DNA of 64,000 bases from Reichenbachiella sp. (GCF_033344935.1 NZ_JAWPMM010000001.1:4706115-4770114); one strand, 5' to 3'. Positions 35,600 to 45,255 are shown, numbered from the stretch's first letter. Notes: generated from the letters alone by a model not told the origin. Numbers and translations: made by a program.

Positions 35600-35891
35600 C
35601 CAACTACCGACGCCAAGCATAGAATTACTCATTCTTCAAATTTTCTTAGGAGGCCTTACATTTTTAGGCTTGTCCTTAGGCCTCGCTTGGAAAATGAAAA
35701 GAAATAATAAATTCAGCTGGAAGACATATATCTCCATTCTCTTGAATGCTTTTGTTTTTGGAAACATGGGTGCTTTACTCATTTGGGCCTATTGGCCTTT
35801 CGCATTTGACATTATGCTGGGGCCCATACTATTGCCTGGGCTGGTCAGTTATGCGACAGTCATTCTAATTGGATTGAGATTAAGTAAATAA
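35592..35891 (+). CDS. Small 3-TM membrane protein, unknown function
   Basis: The 99-aa hydrophobic ORF overlaps the ypdA end by 8 nt. Confidence 0.4.
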   Translation: MSDQLPTPSIELLILQIFLGGLTFLGLSLGLAWKMKRNNKFSWKTYISILLNAFVFGNMGALLIWAYWPFAFDIMLGPILLPGLVSYATVILIGLRLSK

Positions 35892-35911
35892 TCAATCTCT
35901 AAACAAAACCC

Positions 35912-36904
35912 TTGTTTGTTGAACTTCAAAGAATTAATTATTGTTGGGAGTTAAACAAAGCAGCATTGCCAAAAATTAAAACAGCCATTACTTTCATTCT
36001 ACTCGTCCTGGCTTCTGTCTGCCATGGACAAACTTGTTGTACAGGAGGCGTCCCAGTTTTAGATGCTTTTACCTTTTCAAATTTAAGCAAAGGCCAATTC
36101 GGTGCTCACCTTTTCTACAGCTACAATTACAACAATGACCTATTTTTTGATGATGAATCCATTGACAACTCACACATTTCAAGAAAAGTATCCTCTCTGT
36201 TATTACAAATGGATTACGCTTTGAATGATCAATTTGGGTTGTCAATATCTATTCCTTATTTATGGCAAAAAGAAATTGTTGATCTGTCTGTAAACAATGT
36301 AGAATATGTCAATAGAGGAATAGGAGATATTAGTGTTTGGCTGACCTATTCTAAAAAAATCAATTCTTTAAATCTCAATTCAGCCATTAGTCTAAAAACT
36401 CCAACAGGAAGTACTAACAAAGAAGGGGATAACAATCTTGCTTTCCCAATAAGTATGCAAACTGGAACTGGCTCTTACGATTTGGCGTTGATAGTACAAT
36501 CAAGCTGGTATTTCGGAAAGCAAAGGAAATTTTCTTTGGAAAATCAAATGGCACTACGACTAAACTCAAAGGGTAATAAATTCAAAGCACATCCAAATTA
36601 TAAATTTGGCAATCAGTACTTGATATATGCCGGTATGGGATATCACTTGTTATTGTTCAATTTAGTAACAGACCTGTTTCTGGGCGCATCCTATCAATAT
36701 AGAGACCAAGACGAGTTTGACGGAGGGTTTCAAAACACCAATACAGGAGGTCACTGGGTGAATTCAAGTATTGGTATGAATGTATTTATAACTCCTGAAT
36801 TCTTCTTTTCATTAAATGCGAGCGCTCCTTTGTATAGAAATTTAAATGGGTTGCAACTGAGCACAACTTCACAGTTGAGTGCTTCAATAAACATGGTGTT
36901 ATGA
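35912..36904 (+). CDS. Outer-membrane beta-barrel (Phenol_MetA_deg-like 'transporter' family)
   Basis: It has a signal peptide (..ITFILLVLASVCHGQ), then alternating beta-strand pattern and GIGDISVWLTY...ISLKTPTGS...QTGTGSYD blocks shared with the 54401 ORF. The start is uncertain (TTG 35912 or TTG 35966). Confidence 0.6.
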   Translation: MFVELQRINYCWELNKAALPKIKTAITFILLVLASVCHGQTCCTGGVPVLDAFTFSNLSKGQFGAHLFYSYNYNNDLFFDDESIDNSHISRKVSSLLLQMDYALNDQFGLSISIPYLWQKEIVDLSVNNVEYVNRGIGDISVWLTYSKKINSLNLNSAISLKTPTGSTNKEGDNNLAFPISMQTGTGSYDLALIVQSSWYFGKQRKFSLENQMALRLNSKGNKFKAHPNYKFGNQYLIYAGMGYHLLLFNLVTDLFLGASYQYRDQDEFDGGFQNTNTGGHWVNSSIGMNVFITPEFFFSLNASAPLYRNLNGLQLSTTSQLSASINMVL

Positions 36905-38025
36905 TGAATAAGATTTATGTTTTCTTGGTTTTAATATTTTCCTTTTTCTCCTGTCAAGAGGATGAACCCTCTATCACATCTGACCTAATTCTTGTCCAAG
37001 GGGTAATTAATGATGATTTTGCAGGTGAGCCAGTAGCTATTTATGCGGATGGTATAAATCAGACACTTGTAGCATTCAGTCGCGATCATTCTGAATACAA
37101 CGAGCCTCTAACTCTTAGTATGTCACCCGATCTTGCACCGGCTGTTCTTCAAGATCAATTTGGCAACAATTATGATATCAATGGTAAATCACTAGGTGCT
37201 GAATTCGGAAATAATCTTGACCTCAAAAAAGTCAATTTTTTGGTTGGCTATTGGTTTATCTTCCCTGCGTTTTTTGAAAATATTACCCAGTTCAATGGGC
37301 AAGTCAGTAGTAATTCTTTAGTATCACCTTCGGAGGGTTGGTTGGTTAGCACAGACTTTATATTTGTCGGAAGCTCGAGAGATGGCATTCCCTCAATCGA
37401 CGACCCAACCTTTATTCCGCTTTCAGGAAAAGAGTTTGTTGACGATCCATTTTATAGTTCACTAGGACAACACGACCTTGTGACTGTTCTGACGATTGGT
37501 AATACCAGTCATGTCTATCCTCACAAAATACTTGAATACCATGAAATCGTTAATGATCAAATTGAAGGGCAAAATATTGCATTGAGTTATTGTCCTTTGA
37601 CCGGCACATCTAGAGCCTGGAAAAGTGAAGTAAAAAATGACTTTTCTGAATTTGGAGTTTCAGGACTTCTTTATAATAATAATCTCATTTTATACGATCG
37701 ATCAACGGAGAGTTATTGGTCTCAAATTTTAGAAAAGTCCATATATGGGGACTGTTTGGCAGAAGAAATCAGTCCAATCCAATTGTATGAGTCCACCTTC
37801 AATAGTGTAAAACGACTTCAAGGAGATGTACAGCTTTTAAGTACTAATACCGGATTTAATTATTTATATAATCAGTCTATATATGACGATTATCGGATCT
37901 CAGAACGCGTTTCTTTTCCGATATCCAACCAAGACAATAGTCTCAAACCAAAAGAAAGGGTATTAGGTATTATTAAAGGTAAGCAAGTTAAAATCTACGC
38001 TTTTGATAATTTTAAAGATCTCTGA
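36901..38025 (+). CDS. DUF3179-domain secreted protein
   Basis: It has a signal/lipobox (FSFFSC) and the blocks IPSIDDPTF, YCPLTGT and GVSGLLYNNNLILYDRSTESYWSQ, as I remember DUF3179. An ATGA overlap with the upstream barrel gene suggests an operon. Confidence 0.7.
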   Translation: MMNKIYVFLVLIFSFFSCQEDEPSITSDLILVQGVINDDFAGEPVAIYADGINQTLVAFSRDHSEYNEPLTLSMSPDLAPAVLQDQFGNNYDINGKSLGAEFGNNLDLKKVNFLVGYWFIFPAFFENITQFNGQVSSNSLVSPSEGWLVSTDFIFVGSSRDGIPSIDDPTFIPLSGKEFVDDPFYSSLGQHDLVTVLTIGNTSHVYPHKILEYHEIVNDQIEGQNIALSYCPLTGTSRAWKSEVKNDFSEFGVSGLLYNNNLILYDRSTESYWSQILEKSIYGDCLAEEISPIQLYESTFNSVKRLQGDVQLLSTNTGFNYLYNQSIYDDYRISERVSFPISNQDNSLKPKERVLGIIKGKQVKIYAFDNFKDL

Positions 38026-39379
38026 AATACCTTTTTGCCTCTGCTAAAACCTTTGGGGAAAGATAAATCGCTGATACCATGGTTGGAACGGCCATTAGGC
38101 CATACATCACGAAGATCAGATTTACTACACCATTCAAAGACCAGACAGAGCCAATTACAATGATGGCCACATACCAATAGTTGAATAAATGGCCATGTTC
38201 TGCACCAAATAAGTAGGAGAAACATTTCTTTCCATAATAAGCCATTCCAAATACAGTAGTAAAGGCAAAGATCAATACTGGTACGAAAAGTATGTAATGA
38301 CCTACCAAAGGGATAGAACTTTCGAAAGCCTGAGCAGTCAAAGAAATACCATCGCTACCTCCGGATTGCCATACACCCGTAGAGAGTATACACAAGCCTG
38401 TCATGGTACAGACAACTAGCGTGTCTACTACAGGCCCCAACATGGCCACTAAACCCTCACGTATTGGCTCATTAGTTTTTGCTGCGCCGTGCATCATAGG
38501 TGCCGTACCTATTCCAGCTTCGTTAGAAAAAGCAGCTCTTTTGGCTCCTTCAATAATTACTGCACCAACCGCACCTCCCAGTACTGCATTGGCCGTAAAG
38601 GCATCCTCAAAAATTAAAAAGAAATTTTCTACTACTGACCTGGCGTTTATCAGCATGATCAACAGCACACTCAGACCATAGACGATCACCATGGCCGGCA
38701 CCAATTTAGACGCTACATCTGCTATTCTCTTGAGCCCGCCGAATATGACCAGTGCGGTAAAGAATGTAATAACCAATCCTATTCCGACATTTACCATCAA
38801 TTCGTTTGTACCCATCCATCCCATAGGTCTGAGGATCACATCTTTGGTGACCTGCACAATCTGATTGGCCTGAAAAATAGGTGTGGCACCAAACAAACCA
38901 GCAATACAAAAGAACGCTGCCAATGGCTTCCAGGCTTTAGGCATACCTTCTCTGATCACGTACATCGGTCCACCCTGAAGATCGCCTTGACTATCTTTTC
39001 CTCTGTACATGACTGCCAGTGTACAAGTGAAAAATTTAGTTGTTATACCTAGAAGAGCGCTTACCCACATCCAAAAAATAGCTCCTGGCCCCCCAGCTAC
39101 TATAGCTAGGGCAACACCACTGATATTTCCCATGCCAACTGTTGCTGCTAGGTGACCCGACAAGGCCTGAAAATGACTTATTTCTCCCTTTTCCTCTTCA
39201 CTATCATACTTGCCTCGAAGGACATCTATACCATGTTTGAAATACCTAAACGGAAGAAATCGAGTATATAAGGTAAAAAATAAACCTCCTCCCAATAGCA
39301 ATATCAGCAACGGCATACCCCAGACGTATCCTACTGCGACGTTGAAAAAATTCTCTAAGGACTTTAATAGATCGAGCAT
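38012..39379 (-). CDS. Alanine/glycine:cation (Na+) symporter, AGCS family
   Basis: The 455-aa multi-TM ORF has AGCS blocks (ISHFQALSGHLAATVGMGNISGVA, GGPGAIFWMW, FSNEAGIGTAPMMH). Confidence 0.9.
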   Translation of the reverse strand: MLDLLKSLENFFNVAVGYVWGMPLLILLLGGGLFFTLYTRFLPFRYFKHGIDVLRGKYDSEEEKGEISHFQALSGHLAATVGMGNISGVALAIVAGGPGAIFWMWVSALLGITTKFFTCTLAVMYRGKDSQGDLQGGPMYVIREGMPKAWKPLAAFFCIAGLFGATPIFQANQIVQVTKDVILRPMGWMGTNELMVNVGIGLVITFFTALVIFGGLKRIADVASKLVPAMVIVYGLSVLLIMLINARSVVENFFLIFEDAFTANAVLGGAVGAVIIEGAKRAAFSNEAGIGTAPMMHGAAKTNEPIREGLVAMLGPVVDTLVVCTMTGLCILSTGVWQSGGSDGISLTAQAFESSIPLVGHYILFVPVLIFAFTTVFGMAYYGKKCFSYLFGAEHGHLFNYWYVAIIVIGSVWSLNGVVNLIFVMYGLMAVPTMVSAIYLSPKVLAEAKRYFRDL

Positions 39380-39394
39380 ATTTTGATATTGTAA

Positions 39395-40066
39395 TTAGAG
39401 CATAGGAGCTAGGTGCTTCCAAACATTTTCAGCTAGAATTTCATGTCCATCAGGTGTGGGATGAATGCCGTCTTCAAGATTCAATTCTGAATTACCAGCT
39501 ACTCCTTCCAGTAAGAAGGGAATTAATGGGATACCATACTTTTCTGCTAGGTCAGTATATATTTTTTGAAAATTATCAGAATAGTCCTGTCCCATATTTG
39601 GTGGAACCATCATGCCAGCTAACAATATTTTGCACTCAGGATATTTGGTTTTCACCTTTTCTATGATAGACTCCAGATTCTTTCTGGCTTCTGCTACACC
39701 TATGCCTCTCAATCCATCATTGGCTCCTAGTTCTAAGACAAAAATATCAACCGGGTTCTTCAGCACCCAATCAACCCTCGAATTACCGCTGGCAGTAGTT
39801 TCTCCACTTAAGCCAGCATTTACCGTTCGGTAATTCAGCCCTAAAGAATCCAATCTTTCTTGAATTAGCGCAGGAAATGCCTCTGACAAATCTAGTTGAT
39901 ACCCTGCCGTGATACTATTGCCAAAAAAGAGGATAGTTTTCTTTTGTTGCTCTGATTTTACAGCTTCTGATTTCTCAGCAGACGTCGTATTTGATTGTTC
40001 CTTTTGACTTTCTGGCTGACACGCCATAAGCAAGTACAATCCAATGAGTATGATTGACCTATTCAT
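39395..40066 (-). CDS. SGNH/GDSL arylesterase-thioesterase (TesA-like), secreted
   Basis: SGNH blocks are FFGNSITAGY, GLSGETT, GANDGLRG and DGIHP, with a lipoprotein-like signal (LLMAC). Confidence 0.8.
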   Translation of the reverse strand: MNRSIILIGLYLLMACQPESQKEQSNTTSAEKSEAVKSEQQKKTILFFGNSITAGYQLDLSEAFPALIQERLDSLGLNYRTVNAGLSGETTASGNSRVDWVLKNPVDIFVLELGANDGLRGIGVAEARKNLESIIEKVKTKYPECKILLAGMMVPPNMGQDYSDNFQKIYTDLAEKYGIPLIPFLLEGVAGNSELNLEDGIHPTPDGHEILAENVWKHLAPML

Positions 40067-40103
40067 CCGTCGAAGATAGGAATTTATTACTAACCTTTTG
40101 AAT

Positions 40104-40517
40104 CTACTTCAACACGCTTCCTTTCGCCGCCCACCAGAGTTTTACGTCAATAGCCAGTCGACCGGCTTTCACAGCTGGATCATTACTTATGATGCTATCC
40201 GCTTCGGCTTTAGTAGCCACATCGTAGATGACGATCCCTCTCATATCTCCGTCATCACCAAATGGACCTGCAACCAGTAATGTGCCTGTTTTTGCATTTT
40301 CACTCATGTAATTCTGATGGGCAAGTTGAATCTCCATCACTTTTGCAGAATCCAGTTCTGGTTTATCGGGAACTCTCATCAAGAACCCCATAAAATATTG
40401 CTTCATGATATATGTGGTATCTCCGTCTTGATATTCAAATTCTCGAGGTGCCTGACTGAAGCTGATTTGTGAGACAAATAATAGGAAGAGTAGTGATGTA
40501 AGTATTTTCATGGTCAT
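40104..40517 (-). CDS. YciI-like protein with signal peptide
   Basis: It has a signal peptide and the YciI-type core LLVAGPFGDDGDMRGIVIYDVATKAEADSIISNDPAVKAG. Confidence 0.55.
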   Translation of the reverse strand: MTMKILTSLLFLLFVSQISFSQAPREFEYQDGDTTYIMKQYFMGFLMRVPDKPELDSAKVMEIQLAHQNYMSENAKTGTLLVAGPFGDDGDMRGIVIYDVATKAEADSIISNDPAVKAGRLAIDVKLWWAAKGSVLK

Positions 40518-40706
40518 ACAGGTCTAATTGAATATTCAATTTACTGAAAATGATGAATTTCTTAAGAATTGTACCTAACGTAAACTTTTTCGTGATTATT
40601 CTAGTTTAGGTAAATAGCCTAATTTTGCAGGGTTCAATACAAGTGCCTCGAAATTTATTTAATTTCGCGGTGCAACATTAAAGTCAAGGAGCGTATGAGA
40701 TGGATC

Positions 40707-41075
40707 ATGAGATCGAAGATTCACAAAGCGGTAGTAACCGAAGCGAATCTCAACTATGTGGGCAGTATCACTATCGACAAAGACCTTATCGATTTGGTAG
40801 GTTTGAGAAAAGGTGAAAAAGTACAAATTGTGAGCAATACTTCCGGATCACGTTTGGAGACTTACGTTATCGAAGGCCCTAGAGGCTCAGGAGCTATATG
40901 CATGAATGGAGCTGCAGCTCATTTGATCAAAGAGGGTGAAGAAATAATCATCATGGGTTATGAATTGACCGATCAAGAAATCAAACCACAAACGATCTTA
41001 GTGGACGAGAACAACAAATTTGTACAGTGGCTGGAAGAGTCCTACGAGCTCAACCGCGACATGAATTTTAATTAA
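40707..41075 (+). CDS. panD: Aspartate 1-decarboxylase proenzyme
   Basis: MRSKIHKAVVTEANLNYVGSITID contains the self-cleavage G-S site. GAICMNGAAAH is also present. An alternative upstream ATG is at 40695. Confidence 0.9.
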   Translation: MRSKIHKAVVTEANLNYVGSITIDKDLIDLVGLRKGEKVQIVSNTSGSRLETYVIEGPRGSGAICMNGAAAHLIKEGEEIIIMGYELTDQEIKPQTILVDENNKFVQWLEESYELNRDMNFN

Positions 41076-41192
41076 CAATGGACGTCTTTCCCAAAGTTCC
41101 AAGCTTTGGAAAAGTTAATCATCAAGTCTTCTTCACTTGCATTCATAAACTTCTGGTATTAGTTTCCGTAAAATTCGGAAACATCAGATTAC

Positions 41193-41888
41193 ATGTCTAC
41201 AATTCTTAAAGTCGAAGGACTTTCTAAAACTTACCAAAGCGGTTCCAAATCGCTGCAAGTGCTGCATGATATTAGCTTCTCCATACAGGCGGGAGAATCA
41301 CTAGCCATCGTAGGTCCCTCCGGAAGTGGTAAAACCACCTTATTAGGACTGGCTGCCGGACTAGACCAATCTGACAAAGGCTCGGTAACCATAGACCAAA
41401 TTAAACTGAACAGTCTAAGCGAAGATGAACGAGCACAAGTACGCAATGAGCATGTCGGTTTTATTTTTCAAAATTTTCAGTTGATCCCTACGTTATCTGC
41501 ACTTGAAAATGTGATGGTACCCTTAGAATTGCGCGGAGACAAAAGTGCGTCTACTATTGCCCACGATTTGCTGGCTCAAGTTGGGCTTGCTGAGAGAGCT
41601 GACCACTATCCCTCCCAATTATCCGGAGGTGAGCAACAGAGAGTAGCTATTGCCAGAGCATTTTCTAACGAACCCAAAATACTTTTCGCCGATGAGCCCA
41701 CTGGCAACCTAGATGAAGAAACTGGACAGAAGATCGAAGACCTGCTTTTCACACTCAATCGCGAAAAAGGTACTGCACTAGTACTTGTGACTCATGATGC
41801 AGAATTAGCAGAGAAAACTGATCATGTCATTCACCTTAAAGGTGGAAAAATGATAGAAACCACATTGAAAGCTTCTATTGCAAGCTGA
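41193..41888 (+). CDS. ABC transporter ATP-binding protein (YbbA/LolD-like)
   Basis: It has Walker A GPSGSGKTT, signature LSGGEQQR and Walker B LFADEPTGNLD. Confidence 0.9.
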   Translation: MSTILKVEGLSKTYQSGSKSLQVLHDISFSIQAGESLAIVGPSGSGKTTLLGLAAGLDQSDKGSVTIDQIKLNSLSEDERAQVRNEHVGFIFQNFQLIPTLSALENVMVPLELRGDKSASTIAHDLLAQVGLAERADHYPSQLSGGEQQRVAIARAFSNEPKILFADEPTGNLDEETGQKIEDLLFTLNREKGTALVLVTHDAELAEKTDHVIHLKGGKMIETTLKASIAS

Positions 41889-41889
41889 T

Positions 41890-44451
41890 ATGGACAACAA
41901 GATTTCAGTACATCAGAAAAAATACTCGAGTAGCTGGTTATTCAAAATGGCCTGGCGAGACAGTCGAAGAAGTCGATCCAAACTACTTCTTTTCACGATT
42001 TCCATCGCCATTGGAATAGCTGCTTTGGTCGCCATCAATTCTTTCAAAAGAAACTTGGATGAAGAGATTCAACTTCAAGCGAAATCCCTTCTAGGTGCTG
42101 ACCTTGAAATCTTTAGCAACAAACCCTTTACGCAAGAACAGTATGACCTCTTGGATTCTTTAGGTGAAGAAAGATCAAGTCAAACAAGGTTTGGATCCAT
42201 GGTTTATTTCCCCAGAACAGATGGCACCAGACTTGTACAAGTGAGAGGAATTCGTGGATTTTACCCCTACTATGGCAAGATAGAAACGGAACCACATTGG
42301 GCAGCAGGAGACCTGACCAACGGACCCTACGCCTTGGTCGATGAAAAGCTCATGCTACAGTTTAATGTTGAAGTAGGTGATGAGGTTCGGATAGGCAATT
42401 TGAGTTTAGAAATTAGAGGCAAGCTTAAAAATGTTCCAGGACAAAGCGGGATTTCTACTTCCATTGCTCCCGTAGTTTATATTTCAGAAGGAAATGCATT
42501 CGCCTCTGGACTCATCAAAAAAGGAAGCAGAGTCACCTTTTCAAAGTTTTATAAGTATCCCACAGAAGCAACAGCAGACGAAGTAATAGCCACATTTGGT
42601 GATCGACTAAAAGAACTTGAGTTGAGAAGTGAAACGGTAGAGGAACGAATAAAAGATACCAGCGAAGCTTTCACCAATATGTCAGTCTTCTTGAATTTGG
42701 CTGCGTTCATTGCGTTGTTGCTGGGCAGTATTGGAGTAGCAGGCGCTGTTCATATCTACTTGAAAGAAAAAAATCAATCCGTAGCCATCCTACGATGTTT
42801 GGGGGTCAAAAGCAAGCAAGCCTTTTCCATTTATCTTATTCAGGTGCTCGGTATGGGTTTGATGGGATCGATCATTGGTACTTGCCTTGGACTTGGATTG
42901 CAGTATTATTTACCTAAACTACTAGGTGAGATCTTACCCTTCTCCTTCGAGCCTCAGATTTTTTGGATTGTCATTGTTGAAGGTGTTTTACTAGGGTTGA
43001 TCATAGCTGTACTTTTTGCACTGCTGCCACTCGTAAGGCTGGGTCAAATATCACCGTTGCAATCGATAAGAGCTGTCTTTGAAACTACAGAATCCAAAAT
43101 CAGCAAAGCTTCAATTATTGTATTTTCTTTGGTAGCACTTTTCTTACTTGGATTTGCCTATTTCCAAATTGGCGAATGGAAACAATCCCTGATGTTTGTG
43201 GCTGGACTTGTCGTAACTTTTGGGTTGCTAACGCTAATTGCTAAAGGTTTGATGACTTTAGCAAGAATGGTTTCATCGAAGGCGTCCTCGTTTTTGGTAA
43301 AGCAAGGCATAGCCAATCTACACAGACCAAACAACCAAAGTACTATTCTCCTGCTCACCATCGGAATTTGTGCCATATTGATTTCTACTCTTCTTTTTTC
43401 AAGATATATCCTAGTCGAACAGATTACACTTACAGGAGCCAATGAACGCCCTAACATGGTGTTGTTTGACATTCAGACCAAACAAAAAGAAGAATTGAAA
43501 ACCTTGGTTATTGATTATGACCTGCCTGTTGTCCAAGATGTACCCATCGTCACTATGCGACTCAAAGAAATCAATGGGATCAATAAAAAAATGGTTGAAA
43601 AAGACACGACTATTGATATTGAAAGTTGGGTTTTTAATAGGGAATACCGAGTAACCTTTCGAGACTCTCTGATCAACTCTGAGACATTGACCAAAGGAAA
43701 ACTGCAATCAAAAGTAGAATCATCTGAAGACTCTGTTTTTGTATCTGTATCTGAAGGATTCGCCGAAGGTCGTAAATGGCAAATTGGGGACGAATTGCTT
43801 TTCAATGTTCAGGGAGCAATTATCAAAACATATATAGGAAGTTTTAGAAAAGTGGATTGGCGTCGCATGCAGACCAATTTCCTTATCGTTTTCCCTACTG
43901 GCGTATTAGAGCAAGCACCACAGTTTCATGTATTGGTAACAAAAGTCGATCAATCAGATGTGTCAGCTAGATTCCAACAAGCAGTAGTGCGACTCTTTCC
44001 CAATGTATCGATTATCGATCTCGAATTGATCATCAAAACTGTGGAAGAAGTACTCAACAAAGTATCATTTGCTATCAATTTTATGGCAGCATTTAGTGTA
44101 CTGACCGGCTTGATCGTTTTAGCCGGGTCAGTTGTGCTTAGCAAAACGCAACGCGTACAGGAAAGTGTACTATTGAGAACCATAGGTGCAAGGTCATACC
44201 AAATATTCTGGATCACCTTTATAGAGTATCTCGCATTGGGTGCGATTGCCTCCCTTGCTGGTCTATTTTTAGCGCATAGTTTTAGCTATTTATTAGCCGA
44301 ATTTGTTTTTGAAAATGATTTTTTATTCAGCATTTATCATTCTGTTCTAATCTTTTTTTCGGTCACATTTGGCACTGTTATCATCGGATTATTCAATATC
44401 AGACCGGTATTAAAGAAAAGTCCACTTGAAATTTTGAGAAGGGAAATTTGA
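41890..44451 (+). CDS. FtsX-family ABC permease, duplicated (YbbP-like, about 850 aa)
   Basis: It has two FtsX 4-TM modules separated by large extracytoplasmic domains. ATG 41890 (1 nt after the ATPase stop) is preferred over the track TTG at 41878. Confidence 0.85.
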   Translation: MDNKISVHQKKYSSSWLFKMAWRDSRRSRSKLLLFTISIAIGIAALVAINSFKRNLDEEIQLQAKSLLGADLEIFSNKPFTQEQYDLLDSLGEERSSQTRFGSMVYFPRTDGTRLVQVRGIRGFYPYYGKIETEPHWAAGDLTNGPYALVDEKLMLQFNVEVGDEVRIGNLSLEIRGKLKNVPGQSGISTSIAPVVYISEGNAFASGLIKKGSRVTFSKFYKYPTEATADEVIATFGDRLKELELRSETVEERIKDTSEAFTNMSVFLNLAAFIALLLGSIGVAGAVHIYLKEKNQSVAILRCLGVKSKQAFSIYLIQVLGMGLMGSIIGTCLGLGLQYYLPKLLGEILPFSFEPQIFWIVIVEGVLLGLIIAVLFALLPLVRLGQISPLQSIRAVFETTESKISKASIIVFSLVALFLLGFAYFQIGEWKQSLMFVAGLVVTFGLLTLIAKGLMTLARMVSSKASSFLVKQGIANLHRPNNQSTILLLTIGICAILISTLLFSRYILVEQITLTGANERPNMVLFDIQTKQKEELKTLVIDYDLPVVQDVPIVTMRLKEINGINKKMVEKDTTIDIESWVFNREYRVTFRDSLINSETLTKGKLQSKVESSEDSVFVSVSEGFAEGRKWQIGDELLFNVQGAIIKTYIGSFRKVDWRRMQTNFLIVFPTGVLEQAPQFHVLVTKVDQSDVSARFQQAVVRLFPNVSIIDLELIIKTVEEVLNKVSFAINFMAAFSVLTGLIVLAGSVVLSKTQRVQESVLLRTIGARSYQIFWITFIEYLALGAIASLAGLFLAHSFSYLLAEFVFENDFLFSIYHSVLIFFSVTFGTVIIGLFNIRPVLKKSPLEILRREI

Positions 44452-44678
44452 GGGTGGTCCTATTATTGCTTGTCTTATATGTAACTAATTCAAGAAATAA
44501 TGAAACATTTCGTAGTAATCTTGATGATCATACTGCTGAGTTGTTCTGCCACTTTCCTGATGATCTAGTTGTTTTTTCGCGCTTTCTTTCAGCTTTTTCA
44601 TTTAATGCAGTCCTCTATTTGCTAGTACAACACACTAGTAGTATATTACGTTAGTATTGAACAGATGACGAAGTACCT

Positions 44679-44960
44679 GTGATATTGACATTCAGTTGCA
44701 AGGAAAGCGAGAAGATCTGGAATGGGTTAGTTTCAAAAAAATTCCCAAGAGATATTCAGCAAACTGCTCGCCGAAAATTAGTTCACATAAATTCAGCCAT
44801 TGAAATCGGCGACTTACGAACCCCTCCAGGTAACCGACTAGAAAAACTGAAGGGTGATCTAGTTCATTTTCACAGTATTCGAATCAATCAGCAATGGCGC
44901 ATTATCTTTATTTGGAAAGAGGGCAATGCACATGAAGTAAGAATCGTAGATTATCATTGA
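44679..44960 (+). CDS. higB: HigB-type toxin (RelE/ParE superfamily, plasmid maintenance system killer)
   Basis: The GTG-start 93-aa ORF reads ...PPGNRLEKLKGDLVHFHSIRINQQWRIIFIWKEGNAHEVRIVDYH, a textbook HigB C-terminus. Confidence 0.8.
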   Translation: MILTFSCKESEKIWNGLVSKKFPRDIQQTARRKLVHINSAIEIGDLRTPPGNRLEKLKGDLVHFHSIRINQQWRIIFIWKEGNAHEVRIVDYH

Positions 44961-44961
44961 T

Positions 44962-45252
44962 ATGGAAAAATTAGACAATGTACATCCTGGAGAAATTTTA
45001 GAAAAAGACTTTCTAGAGCCCTTGAATTTAACGGCCTATGCCTTGGCCAAGGCAATCGGTGTAGATCAGACCAGGATTAGCCAATTGATCAAAGGCAAAC
45101 GAAGCATAACTGCGGATACTGCCATAAGATTTTCTAAAATATTTAATATGTCTCCCGAGTTTTGGCTCAATGCCCAAAGTCGATACGACTTGATGCAAGA
45201 GATGGAGCACAAAGAGAATTTTGAGAATATTCTGCCTTTAGCTACTCACTAA
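44962..45252 (+). CDS. higA: HigA-type antitoxin (XRE HTH)
   Basis: It starts 1 nt after the higB stop. It reads VHPGEILEKDFLEPLNLTAYALAKAIGVDQTRISQLIKGKRSITADTAIRFSKIF. Confidence 0.85.
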   Translation: MEKLDNVHPGEILEKDFLEPLNLTAYALAKAIGVDQTRISQLIKGKRSITADTAIRFSKIFNMSPEFWLNAQSRYDLMQEMEHKENFENILPLATH

Positions 45253-45255
45253 TTC

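Noticed and set aside
39380-39394. A glycine riboswitch in front of the alanine/glycine symporter, which is a common association.
   Set aside because: Only 15 nt separate it from the upstream esterase gene, so there is no room for a riboswitch.
44485-44601. A 38-aa minus-strand mini-ORF (MKKLKESAKKQLDHQESGRTTQQYDHQDYYEMFHYFLN) upstream of higB.
   Set aside because: It falls below any reliable coding threshold in AT-rich DNA, with no recognisable family or coupled partner. It is kept only as a note in case small-protein or ribosome profiling data exist.
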